Shown here: positions 16,025-24,918 of the stretch, in pieces | How positions within the stretch are numbered: the stretch's first letter is position 1 | How the letters are laid out: each line of letters opens with the position of its first letter | NCBI GenBank assembly: GCA_045642585.1 | Contig: JAZUJF010000235.1 | Coordinates: 1-28,674, forward strand | Length of the DNA: 28,674 nt | Source: Candidatus Limivicinus sp. | Lineage (GTDB): Bacteria; Bacillota; Clostridia; Oscillospirales; Oscillospiraceae | Direction: 5' to 3' | The notes under the pieces: generated by a model | Told to the model about the DNA's origin: nothing | Databases searched by the model: none | Seen by the model: only the letters and a program-made list of their open reading frames with translations | Made by a program: the position numbers and the translations under genes

Positions 16025-17800
16025 CTATTCCAGATCAATGTCCCACTCATCATCCCCTGAAGCGGGCTCGCTGTATGTGAAGGGAATAATGATTCTGGCA
16101 ACGGCGCCTCCCTCGGGGCGATTATCAATGGAGAAGGAGGCGTTGTCTCCGTACAGGAGCTTCAGACGCTCACGGACATTCTCAAGGCCGATGCCGCTGT
16201 GCTCCCGGCTGGGGGAGGTCTGGCCGGCGTTTATGCGCCGGAGCTGTTCACTTGACAGGCCGTAGCCGCTGTCCTTGACGGAGATCACAAGCTTGTCGTT
16301 CTCCTGATAGGCGTGGACAATAAGCTCGGACTGCTCGTTCTGCCCGCGTATACCGTGCTTCAGGGCGTTCTCCACGATGGGCTGTACGATCATGGTGGGA
16401 AGCATCGCGCTCTTTGCCGCCTCCCGGGCGCTGAAGGTCACATGGAGAGTGTCGCCGTATATGAGACGGTATATCTCCGTATAGTCCTCCAGAGCGTCGA
16501 ATTCCTGCTTCGTGGTGATATACTGGCAGGTGGTGTTGACGGTGATGTTCCTGAAATAGCGGCTGATGCGCTGAACTATCTCGGCCATCTGCTCATCGCC
16601 CTTGACCTTGGCCATGGAATTGAGGACCTCAAGGGCGTTATAGATGAAATGGGGTCTGATCTGAGTCTCCAGAGAGCGGTACTTGTATTCAAGGATCTGG
16701 AACTCGGCGTCCTTTTTTGCCAGCTCCTTTTCAAGCAGCTCGTCAAGCAGCTCGCTTATTCTCTGGGTCATGTAGTTGAAGGTGTAGGCGATGCGGCTGA
16801 TATCGTCGCTGCCCTTGATCTGAGCCCTGTAGCCGAAGTCACCCTGCGCCACCTTCTGCATGGAGACATTCAGAACATTGAGCTTTTTGTGCAGGGAGAT
16901 TATGGGGAACAGACCCATGACTATGCCCAGAATAAGACCCAGAATGCCGTACTGTACGCCGAGACGGACGATATTGCTACGGCTCTCGTTATATATCTCC
17001 TTTGAGGAATAGCCCACGGTCACCCATCCGCCGGTCTCATATTTTGAGAGGAAGTAATTGTCGGTGGACCGTGCCCCGGAGATGGAGGCATCCAGAACCT
17101 CGGAGAGGACCGGAATACCGTGGGAGCCGGCGTGGCATATGTAGTTATAGTCGGAGTCGCAGAAAACAAAGCCGGTGTTCTTATAGCTCTCACTGACGGA
17201 AAACAGTTCATCCTTGAAGTGAAAAACCGCCCGGCCCACATGGCGCAGGGGACTGATGTCGTACATATCGCAGATATAAAACAGGCCGCGGCCATCGATG
17301 TATTTCCACCTGACGGACACGTGCTCTTCCTCACTGTGCTCCGCAAGAAGCCGCTTTGCGGTCTCGGCTGTAGGCATGAGCTTTTCGTTTCCGCGCACGG
17401 CGCTGTAGCCGGCGTCTGCGGTGGTCTTGTCAAGGGTCTCTATTATCACATAGTCATAGTCGCTACCCTCGGTGATCATCTGAGCCAGAGCGTAGCGAAT
17501 GGAGAATGTGCTGACATTGTCGTTGGAATTGAACTGATTCATAAGCCTCGGGACATCAAGGGCCCGGAGTCTAGAATATGTGTTCGCGGTGCAGGATTCC
17601 TGATAGTTTGCGAAGTTAAGGGAGATCTGCTCGGTCAGCATATCCAGATTCTGATAGCTCGACTGCTCTACCATGGTGATGGAGGCAGTTACCTGCTCAT
17701 ATGTGACAAGACCTATGACGATAAACAGGGAGAACAGATACACCGTCAGCAGCTTCAGCGAAAACGGCGCACTGCGTATGCGTTTTATTATGCTTTCCAT
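16025..17800 (-). CDS. Sensor histidine kinase, YesM/LytS-type (two TM segments, extracellular domain, HAMP, His_kinase, HATPase)
   Basis: HAMP (DDISRIAYTFNYM), LETQIRPHFIYNALE, QPIVENALKHG, DSGYG, GIGLENVRERL. Confidence 0.95.
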   Translation of the reverse strand: MESIIKRIRSAPFSLKLLTVYLFSLFIVIGLVTYEQVTASITMVEQSSYQNLDMLTEQISLNFANYQESCTANTYSRLRALDVPRLMNQFNSNDNVSTFSIRYALAQMITEGSDYDYVIIETLDKTTADAGYSAVRGNEKLMPTAETAKRLLAEHSEEEHVSVRWKYIDGRGLFYICDMYDISPLRHVGRAVFHFKDELFSVSESYKNTGFVFCDSDYNYICHAGSHGIPVLSEVLDASISGARSTDNYFLSKYETGGWVTVGYSSKEIYNESRSNIVRLGVQYGILGLILGIVMGLFPIISLHKKLNVLNVSMQKVAQGDFGYRAQIKGSDDISRIAYTFNYMTQRISELLDELLEKELAKKDAEFQILEYKYRSLETQIRPHFIYNALEVLNSMAKVKGDEQMAEIVQRISRYFRNITVNTTCQYITTKQEFDALEDYTEIYRLIYGDTLHVTFSAREAAKSAMLPTMIVQPIVENALKHGIRGQNEQSELIVHAYQENDKLVISVKDSGYGLSSEQLRRINAGQTSPSREHSGIGLENVRERLKLLYGDNASFSIDNRPEGGAVARIIIPFTYSEPASGDDEWDIDLE

Positions 17801-17829
17801 GGGTCTGACCTCTGCTGTCCCGGGGCGTA

Positions 17830-19335
17830 TCAGCCCTCGTGCTTATTGAGCCTGTACTCGGTGGGGCTCATCTTCTCGCTCTTTTTGAATATGTTGTAGA
17901 AGCTTATATAGTTCTCATAGCCTATGGCGTAGGCTATATCCTCAACACGCATTCTGGTGTCGTCAAGCATCTGCTTTGCAACGATCATTTTGGCGTTTAT
18001 GACATGCTGACGGTAGGTGATGCCCGTCTCTTTCTTTATGAGCATGGAGAGATAGTTGGGGCTCACGAAGAACTTCGCGGCCACATCCTCCAGCACAAGA
18101 CCGTCGGTGATGTGGGTGTTTATGTGTTCGAGAACATTTCCCACAAGGCTTGTGGATTGGGGAACGTTTATGCTGCGTATCTCATCAAAGAAGAGGAACA
18201 GCCATTGCTTTGCCCCCTCCACGCTCTGGAGCTTGGGCAGCTCGTACACCGTCATATCCGTGGAGTCGCCCCAGCAGGAGTGATTCATCTTGCTGCGGGT
18301 GACCTTGGTGCAGATGAACATGAGCATGACCTTGATCATCCTGATCTTGCCGTCGCTCTTCTCCATAATGGTGTCCCAGACTTCCTCCGGCTCCATTGTG
18401 TCGATGTTGGCGGCCAGCTTGCTGCACAGCTGCTCTATGTCCACAAGATGGGTGCGCTTGGCCGTACCCAGCTCAGAGGAGTCGAAGAAATCCACCTGAC
18501 TGTGCTTGCCGTAAATATTGTGCTGGAGCTGGGTGTGCATACTCTCCTCGTATGCCTTGCGAAGCTCCGAGATATCATAGTGATGGTCGCTGATGGAAAG
18601 AGTCACGTTCAGCATATTGTCAAGCAGGATGGTAGCCACCCTGCGGGCCTCAGAATGCCACTGCTCCAGGGGCTCCTTAAAGGCGCACAGCAGCACCAGA
18701 TCGCCCTCCACAACGGCAGAGATGACCTCTGCCCCGGCGGGAAAGGCGGCGTAGTCAAGCCTCTGGAGAGAGGGGCCGTTTATTACACCCTGCGTGCCCT
18801 GCACCAGTACTACGAAAAATTCGGCGGGGATGTCCTTCATAAAGGACAGAAAGTCCACCTGCTCGCCGCCGGCTGCGGGGGCATTGAGGGCGGCAATGAA
18901 ACGGGCTCTTCTGGCAACGGATTCAACGGTCTTTATATGGGCGCTCTCGCTTCGCTCATTGTCCAGCGACTCCACCGCACGCTTGAGAGAGGCGCACAGC
19001 TCGTTGTTGTCCACAGGCTTGAGTATGAAGTCAAAGGCCGAGAGCCTGATGGCGCGGGTGGCGTATTCTATCTTCTCATAGGCGGTGATGAAGATGACGC
19101 GGGAGCCGGACAGTTCATCGCCCAGCTGCTCTATCATGTTCAGACCGTCGAGCTCCGGCATATGGATATCGGACAGAATAATATCGGGCGCAAGCTCACG
19201 GATCATGAGGCTTCCCTGCTTGCCGTCGTATGCACAGCCCACAAGCTCCAGATCAAGATCATCCCAGGGGATGGTCTTTTTCAGCGCCTCAATGGCCATT
19301 CTGTTGTCGTCGATCAGTAAGGTTTTGTACTTCAC
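17830..19335 (-). CDS. Response regulator, YesN-type (REC plus AraC HTH)
   Basis: GTG start. LLIDD, SDIHMP, ITAY, FILKP. C-terminal VSPNYLSMLIKKETG and IAYAIGYEN..SF...FKK....SP.EYR. Confidence 0.95.
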   Translation of the reverse strand: MKYKTLLIDDNRMAIEALKKTIPWDDLDLELVGCAYDGKQGSLMIRELAPDIILSDIHMPELDGLNMIEQLGDELSGSRVIFITAYEKIEYATRAIRLSAFDFILKPVDNNELCASLKRAVESLDNERSESAHIKTVESVARRARFIAALNAPAAGGEQVDFLSFMKDIPAEFFVVLVQGTQGVINGPSLQRLDYAAFPAGAEVISAVVEGDLVLLCAFKEPLEQWHSEARRVATILLDNMLNVTLSISDHHYDISELRKAYEESMHTQLQHNIYGKHSQVDFFDSSELGTAKRTHLVDIEQLCSKLAANIDTMEPEEVWDTIMEKSDGKIRMIKVMLMFICTKVTRSKMNHSCWGDSTDMTVYELPKLQSVEGAKQWLFLFFDEIRSINVPQSTSLVGNVLEHINTHITDGLVLEDVAAKFFVSPNYLSMLIKKETGITYRQHVINAKMIVAKQMLDDTRMRVEDIAYAIGYENYISFYNIFKKSEKMSPTEYRLNKHEG

Positions 19336-19403
19336 GGATCATCTCTCCAATTTCATTGTTTCAGTATAAAACTGCGCCTGATTGAAAAAGCTTTGATCGG
19401 ATC

Positions 19404-20603
19404 TCAGTGCAGATCATCCTCGTGAATGACGACGCCGTTTTCTCTCAATCTGCTCTGAAGGGCGGAGACATCCAGAGCGGGAAAATCATCGGTCATGGCA
19501 GCGGCTATACCTGCCGCCTCGCCTGTCACGGCGCAGCATGGGATGACCCGCATGATGTCCCACATTGCGTCGGTGACGGAGGTATTGCGCCCGGCACAGA
19601 TGAGGTTTCTGCATTTGCCCGAATACAGAGTCCTGAAGGGCACCTCATACACAGGCCCGCGCTTTCTCCAGTCGGACACCATGCCGATGGAATCCTCAAA
19701 GCGGGTGTGCATCATCCGGGCGGAAAGATCAAATTCTCCCACGAGCTTTCTTGTCATTCTCAGCTGCGGAACGGTGGGAATAGTGACGGGCTGGAAGCTC
19801 CGGTCGGTCCTCTGACGCTTTTTCACATCGTTAAGGGTGGAGGCATGGGAATCTATGACAAACTGAGAGATCTCATCGGCATCAACGCCCTGATACCGCC
19901 TGTCCGAAAGCTTCTCCACCGTATCCCCCAGGATGGCCTTGTCCTCATCCGGAATGTCGGAGAAGCCGAGCTTGTTGAGATCATAGCCCTCATTTCCCAG
20001 GAAATAATACCATGAGGCCAGAATGTTGCCCTGCCCGAAAAGAGCCGTGGGGACGGCTGAAAATACTGCCAGATCGCAGTCACCGGTGGCGTCCACGAAG
20101 GACAGAGCCTCAATGGCCTGTCGGCCGCTTTTGCTCTCGATGATAACATGGCTTATCCTGTCGCCCTCCATTGCGCAGGCGGCGGCAGATGTGCCGTACA
20201 TTATCTCCACGCCCTCTTTCAGCAGAAGCTGTTCGGAGAGAATTGCCATGAGCTGGGGGTTATAGTTCATTTCAAAGCGGGTATCCTTCTCCGTCATCTT
20301 TCCGCCATCGAGCCACGCGGCACCGCGCTTGCCGTCATTATACATACTCACAGACAGCCGCAGAAGCTCCTCTGCGATTCCGAAGCTGACCTGAGTGCCG
20401 TAACCGTCGCATAGAGGGAGATAGATGGCGATAAGCCCGGCTGTGGCAAGACCGCCCAGCATGAAGCCCTTTTCCAGAAGAATAACCTTTTTGCCCTGTC
20501 TCGCCCCGGCAAGTGCCGCCGAGATACCGGCAATACCTCCCCCGCATACCAGTACATCGCAGCTCTTTACAACGGGAGTGGAGAGATTTTCGGTAATAGT
20601 CAT
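19404..20603 (-). CDS. FAD-dependent oxidoreductase (FAD_oxidored / PF12831-like)
   Basis: Start at the ATG at 20603. DVLVCGGGIAGISAA, LGGLATAG, FVDATGDCD, YEVPFRTL, NLICAGR, RVIPCC.VTGEAAG.AAA. Confidence 0.88.
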   Translation of the reverse strand: MTITENLSTPVVKSCDVLVCGGGIAGISAALAGARQGKKVILLEKGFMLGGLATAGLIAIYLPLCDGYGTQVSFGIAEELLRLSVSMYNDGKRGAAWLDGGKMTEKDTRFEMNYNPQLMAILSEQLLLKEGVEIMYGTSAAACAMEGDRISHVIIESKSGRQAIEALSFVDATGDCDLAVFSAVPTALFGQGNILASWYYFLGNEGYDLNKLGFSDIPDEDKAILGDTVEKLSDRRYQGVDADEISQFVIDSHASTLNDVKKRQRTDRSFQPVTIPTVPQLRMTRKLVGEFDLSARMMHTRFEDSIGMVSDWRKRGPVYEVPFRTLYSGKCRNLICAGRNTSVTDAMWDIMRVIPCCAVTGEAAGIAAAMTDDFPALDVSALQSRLRENGVVIHEDDLH

Positions 20604-20618
20604 GTCAGATGTCCTCTC

Positions 20619-20727
20619 TAAGTAAGCGATGATTAATTCACCGAGAGCAGATGGCGAGAAAATTCCCATGCGCCATCCGCTTCCATTTATCGTGGCGCAC
20701 ATTTTGCGCATTTGCGCATGGGGATTT
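20619..20727. repeat. Composite repeat: one arm of the 11.8-kb MITE fused to the 62-bp palindrome (copy 1)
   Basis: 20619-20665 matches the reverse complement of 11888-11934 at 38 of 47 nt. 20659-20727 matches 23743-23804 with a small TTTGCGCA-type duplication. Confidence 0.85.
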
Positions 20728-20732
20728 AAAAA

Positions 20733-21839
20733 TTAAAGCTCTGCCCATCTGTCCTCCGCCGCAGACAGGAGGCAGGCGGCAATAAATCTGTTGCCCATTA
20801 CGCCGTCTCTGAAGGTGGCATAGGGCACCTTGCCTGTTTTGTAGGAGCCGTCGGCGATAGAGGCGTAGAATGCCTTTACGGCGTTGAGCTGGCCGTCGGC
20901 CCAGCCCATGTTGTGGCCGGCGGGGGTGAGGATATAAGGAACAGTGCGCCCGTCAACGAACGCCTTGTCCATGAACACAGTCTCGTTTCCGCGCTCACGG
21001 CTGCCCACAAAGAGCCGGTCGCATTGCTCCTCCTCGAAGCGCAGCTCGCAGTTCTCGCCGCTGACGACCACCTGCAGGTCGTTTTTGTGACCCAGCATGA
21101 CCTTGGAGAAGATGGCGCTGCCGGGTGTGCCGTCGGCAAATTCCACCATGACGGCGGTGGTGTCGTCGGAATGTATCTCTATCCGGCTTCCGGTCTCCGG
21201 ATCAATACGGACAGGGTAGTGGGTGTACATTCTGGCGTACACCCTTTTAATGGGCATACCCACGGCGCAGACGGCGGCGTCTGCCCAGTGGACACCGATA
21301 TCCAGAAGAGCTCTGGCAGGGTTATCCTCCGGCATACGGCGTTTGGTGTAATCGGTATGCCGGGCGGCACTGTCCTGAATATACCTGCCGGACACATAGA
21401 GGAGCCTGCCCGCTTTGCCGCTTTCGATGCGGTTTCGCATCTCCTGAAAGGCGGCATTCATCCTGTAGGAATGGTTGACAGCGTTTGCAATGCCGGCCTT
21501 TTCTGCGGCAAGACACACTTTTTCCGCGCCCTCTGCCGTCTGGCTCAGGGGCTTTTCGGCGTAGATATGCTTGCCGGCGGCGATGGCATAGAGATTGACC
21601 TCGTCGTGGAGCCGGTTGGGGGTGCAGTTGTGGATAACGCTGATTTCAGGGTCGTCAACCACCTTTTTCCAGTCCGATGAGATGTAATCCACATCGTACT
21701 GTGAGGCGGCGGAGCCAACATCGGAGCCGGGGCTGAGGGCGATGGCTCTGATGTGGACATTGCCCAGACGCCTGAGACTGTCATAATGGAGCTTTCCGAT
21801 AAAGCCCATGCCGATTATTCCCACATTGATCTTTTCCAT
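20733..21839 (-). CDS. Gfo/Idh/MocA family NAD(P)-dependent oxidoreductase
   Basis: GIIGMGFIGKLH, NCTPNRLH, GKHIYAEKP, NHSYR, LDIGVHWAD, SDD. Confidence 0.93.
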   Translation of the reverse strand: MEKINVGIIGMGFIGKLHYDSLRRLGNVHIRAIALSPGSDVGSAASQYDVDYISSDWKKVVDDPEISVIHNCTPNRLHDEVNLYAIAAGKHIYAEKPLSQTAEGAEKVCLAAEKAGIANAVNHSYRMNAAFQEMRNRIESGKAGRLLYVSGRYIQDSAARHTDYTKRRMPEDNPARALLDIGVHWADAAVCAVGMPIKRVYARMYTHYPVRIDPETGSRIEIHSDDTTAVMVEFADGTPGSAIFSKVMLGHKNDLQVVVSGENCELRFEEEQCDRLFVGSRERGNETVFMDKAFVDGRTVPYILTPAGHNMGWADGQLNAVKAFYASIADGSYKTGKVPYATFRDGVMGNRFIAACLLSAAEDRWAEL

Positions 21840-21864
21840 AACCCCGTATCCTTTCTCTGCATTA

Positions 21865-22740
21865 TCATATTTTTCTCAGGAGGGCGTCCAGCACATCTCC
21901 GCAGTCCGCTATCAGCGAATAGTCGCTGTAATCATGGATAGGGGCGGAGGGGTCGATGTTCACGGCGGCAATAGTCCCGGCACCAAGAATACCGCTGAGA
22001 TGCTGGACAGCGCCGGATATGCCGAAGGCCACATAGAGCCTGGGCTGAACGCTCACACCGGTCTGCCCCACCTGCGAGCTGTAATCGGCATAGCCCGCGG
22101 CGACAGCCGCTCTGGAGGCACCCGCTCCGGCACCGATGCGCCGGGCCAGCTCCCGAAGCTTTCGGAAATTCTCTTTTCCTCCCATACCCAGACCTCCGGA
22201 GAGGATTATCTCCGAGCTCTGGAGGGACTTCTGCTCCTCTGTATGGGACAGATAGCCCAGAAGCTCAATGGGACTCAGACTCTCGCCCACATCCAGCTCC
22301 TCGACCGATATACCCTCAAGCCCGGTGGAGGCTCTGCCGAAGCAGCCCACGCGGACGGTGGCAATATAGGGCTTATCCATGCTGCGGTTGACGGCGATCT
22401 TCCTGCCGCCGAAGGTGGGGCGGATCTGCAGCAGACCGAAACGCCCGTCCCACTCCAGAGATGTGCAGTCGGCCGTAATGCCTCTCCCGATGGAGAAGGC
22501 GAAGGCCGGAGCCACCTCCGAGAAAAATCTGTCACATTCAAATATAATCGCATCCGGTCGGCGGAGGAGCCACTGCTTTTTCAGCGCCTCCACTGCGGCA
22601 TCCACCCAGAGGGGGCCGCTTTTTCGGACCAGAATTATTTTCAGGCTTAATCCTTTTTGCTCTGCCAGCTGACGGCATTTCTCCGCCAGAGCGGCGGAGG
22701 ACTCGGTAACGGCACCGGTGATGACCCAAAACTCGTTCAC
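21865..22740 (-). CDS. etfA: Electron transfer flavoprotein alpha subunit
   Basis: GITADCT, RPTFGG, ILSGGLGMG, GASRAAV, QVGQTG, GISGAVQHLSG, VNIDP.API. Confidence 0.93.
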   Translation of the reverse strand: MNEFWVITGAVTESSAALAEKCRQLAEQKGLSLKIILVRKSGPLWVDAAVEALKKQWLLRRPDAIIFECDRFFSEVAPAFAFSIGRGITADCTSLEWDGRFGLLQIRPTFGGRKIAVNRSMDKPYIATVRVGCFGRASTGLEGISVEELDVGESLSPIELLGYLSHTEEQKSLQSSEIILSGGLGMGGKENFRKLRELARRIGAGAGASRAAVAAGYADYSSQVGQTGVSVQPRLYVAFGISGAVQHLSGILGAGTIAAVNIDPSAPIHDYSDYSLIADCGDVLDALLRKI

Positions 22741-23486
22741 AGCAGTCCCACCAGCCCTTCCGTTCCGCGGGCAATGTCAGTCTCCCTGACACCGTGCCTG
22801 TGGGCAAAGCTCAGTTCATTGACCGATACGGTCTCTGTACCCGATTTCGCGGCGGGGACAGTATCGGAGGAAACCACCCGTATCCCGGCGTTTTTCGCCC
22901 TGCGAAGGCCGAATATGGTGGGTACGCGCACCATAGATGTACCGTTTATAACCGTGAGCAGAGCGGGATAGGGACAGCGGTATTCTGCCGTCCCGTCTGC
23001 CTGAGCCCGCAGAGCTCTGACAGCGCCGTCATCGGCAGAGAATGACAGCACATTTCCGATACAGGGAATACCGAGAGCCTGACCCAGCTGAGGACCTATG
23101 TGGCCGGTCTCGGAGTCAATGGCCTTTTTTCCGCAGAGAATGAGATCAGTATGGCCCAGAGTGCGTATTGCCCCGGCAAGGACTGCGGCGCTGGCGACGG
23201 TGTCCGACCCTGCATAGGCACGGTCCGACACATGGACGGCCTCATCCGCACCCATGGCAAGAGCGGTGCGCAGGATCTGTTCGCCCTGCTTCGGCGCCAT
23301 GGTGATGACGGTTATGTGAGTCCCGGGGGCTTTGTCTTTGATTCTAAGGGCCAGCTCCAGAGCGTAGGCGTCCGCAGGGTTCAGCTCCAGCTGACCGCCG
23401 GAGAGCCTGTCGGAGGATGCGCTTTCCGGAAACAGATCCGAATATGTGGAGCGGGAGACCATTTTCAGACAGACAATGATGTTCAT
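22737..23486 (-). CDS. etfB: Electron transfer flavoprotein beta subunit
   Basis: MNIIVCLK, NPADAYALE.AL, ITMAP, ALAMGAD, DRAYAGSDT, GKKAIDSETGHIGP. Confidence 0.93.
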   Translation of the reverse strand: MNIIVCLKMVSRSTYSDLFPESASSDRLSGGQLELNPADAYALELALRIKDKAPGTHITVITMAPKQGEQILRTALAMGADEAVHVSDRAYAGSDTVASAAVLAGAIRTLGHTDLILCGKKAIDSETGHIGPQLGQALGIPCIGNVLSFSADDGAVRALRAQADGTAEYRCPYPALLTVINGTSMVRVPTIFGLRRAKNAGIRVVSSDTVPAAKSGTETVSVNELSFAHRHGVRETDIARGTEGLVGLL

Positions 23487-23654
23487 TCAGCAATTCCTTT
23501 TCGGAGGGCACAAAACTGATCGGTATCAATACTATACCATAAATGCCGCATAACGGAAGTAAACAAATGAGGAAATTTGCTCTTTCACTATATTATGCGG
23601 CATTTTTGCTGTCACAGCCCCGCATGATCACGAAGCTGTGACAGCATATGTAGT

Positions 23655-23694
23655 TTTTACTGTGAAAGCTCTGCTTCCACAGTAAAGATTATAA
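23655..23694. repeat. 40-bp palindromic repeat, copy 2
   Basis: TTTTACTGTGAAAGCTCTGCTTCCACAGTAAAGATTATAA; 39 of 40 identical to the reverse complement of 5163-5202. Confidence 0.9.
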
Positions 23695-23742
23695 TAATCG
23701 CCCGTTTCTCGCCCCTGACGGGGCAACCAAAACGGATGCGAA

Positions 23743-23804
23743 AAAATTCCCATGCGCCATCCGCTTTCATTTATCGTGGCGCACATTTTGCGCATGGGAA
23801 TTTT
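23743..23804. repeat. 62-bp REP/MITE-like palindrome, copy 2
   Basis: Perfect 15-bp terminal inverted repeats AAAATTCCCATGCGC / GCGCATGGGAATTTT. The internal core is shared with 20659-20727. Confidence 0.88.
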
Positions 23805-23805
23805 A

Positions 23806-24897
23806 TCAGCAGTTTTCGTCGAGAAGCCTGAACAGGTCGATGATCTTAATATCGGAGGCATATTTGCCCATGATGTAGCTGTCATCGGCAGAGCAGGTGA
23901 TAATGGCAGGAGAGCCGATACGGCGGGCATCGTCGCAGCGGACCTCGACCATGCGTCTGGAGACGACGGCATCGAAGCATTCCATAAGAGGAGTGCTGAC
24001 GCAGCGGGACATCTTGCCGTGGAGGAACAGGGGGATGTAGTTCACGCCCAGAGCCTTGACTATCGCCATAACGGGCTCCTCTTCCTCCAGACCGCGGGTG
24101 AGCTTCACAGGCTCCTGAACGGAGGCGGTGAGGTCAACGGTCTTTGCCTTAAGCGCACCGTTTGCCAGGAGCTCTCCCACGAATGCGGTGGCGGTGGTCA
24201 TCTCTACGCCCTCAAGAAGCTTCCATTCGCTGAACTTCTCGCGGAACATGACCGCATCATAGGGAGCCAGAGCCACGACCTTTTTGGCACCGGTGGCGGC
24301 GACTGCCTCGGCGGCCTTGGCGGCAACAGCCTGCACATCGCCTGTGAAGCCCATGAGGTCACCGAGGAATGCGCCGGTGGGCTTCTCGTCTGCAAGAGCG
24401 GTGAAGCTGACGCCTGCCTTTCTGAGAAGGCTGATGACTGCCAGAGCGGTATCGGCACCGAAGGTGCGGCCGGTCTGACCGATGTAGAGGAGAGTGTCGG
24501 CCTTTGCGGGGAGCTTTTTGAGCTCCTCTGCCAGAGAAGCGTTTACATCCACGCCGTAGATGTTGCCCTTCTGCATGATATTGTCGATCTCGGTCATGAC
24601 AGCCGCGGGGGCGATGTCATTGACCACAGCGTGCATTCTTGCTTCGCGGGTGAAATCAGTGGGCCTCCAGCCGGTGACGCAGTCATTGGCACAGGCGTCG
24701 CACATGGTGCAGTGATACATCGCGTCGGCGACCTCCGCATCGTACTCGGTGCCGCGCTCGATCATGGACACCATGATGCCTCTTGCGCGGGGACCCCAGC
24801 CTTCGGAGCCGGTGGCACCTGCGACGGGGCAGATGTGACGGCACATCCAGCAGAAACGGCACATATCGGCCTGCTTAGAGTTGGCAGCAGAAAACAT
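23806..24897 (-). CDS. Fe-S binding protein, GlpC/GlcF/HdrD-like (2x[4Fe-4S] ferredoxin domain plus degenerate CCG domains)
   Basis: CRFCWMCRHICP and CTMCDACANDC motifs, P..R. The downstream fold is typical of CCG domains but lacks their cysteines. Confidence 0.85.
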   Translation of the reverse strand: MFSAANSKQADMCRFCWMCRHICPVAGATGSEGWGPRARGIMVSMIERGTEYDAEVADAMYHCTMCDACANDCVTGWRPTDFTREARMHAVVNDIAPAAVMTEIDNIMQKGNIYGVDVNASLAEELKKLPAKADTLLYIGQTGRTFGADTALAVISLLRKAGVSFTALADEKPTGAFLGDLMGFTGDVQAVAAKAAEAVAATGAKKVVALAPYDAVMFREKFSEWKLLEGVEMTTATAFVGELLANGALKAKTVDLTASVQEPVKLTRGLEEEEPVMAIVKALGVNYIPLFLHGKMSRCVSTPLMECFDAVVSRRMVEVRCDDARRIGSPAIITCSADDSYIMGKYASDIKIIDLFRLLDENC

Positions 24898-24918
24898 AGT
24901 CTTTTACCTCCTTATTGA

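Noticed and set aside
17839-19320. 493-aa plus-strand ORF antisense to the response regulator
   Set aside because: Mirrors the real CDS almost end to end; shadow frame with no domain signal.
19404-20711. N-terminal extension MRKMCATINGSGWRMGIFS on the FAD oxidoreductase, echoed in ORF 23628-23972
   Set aside because: The shared peptide is only the translation of the 62-bp palindromic repeat, not a duplicated protein domain.
20659-23804. Possible CRISPR array from recurring palindromes
   Set aside because: The copies are kilobases apart with genes between them. There are no regular spacers and no cas genes.
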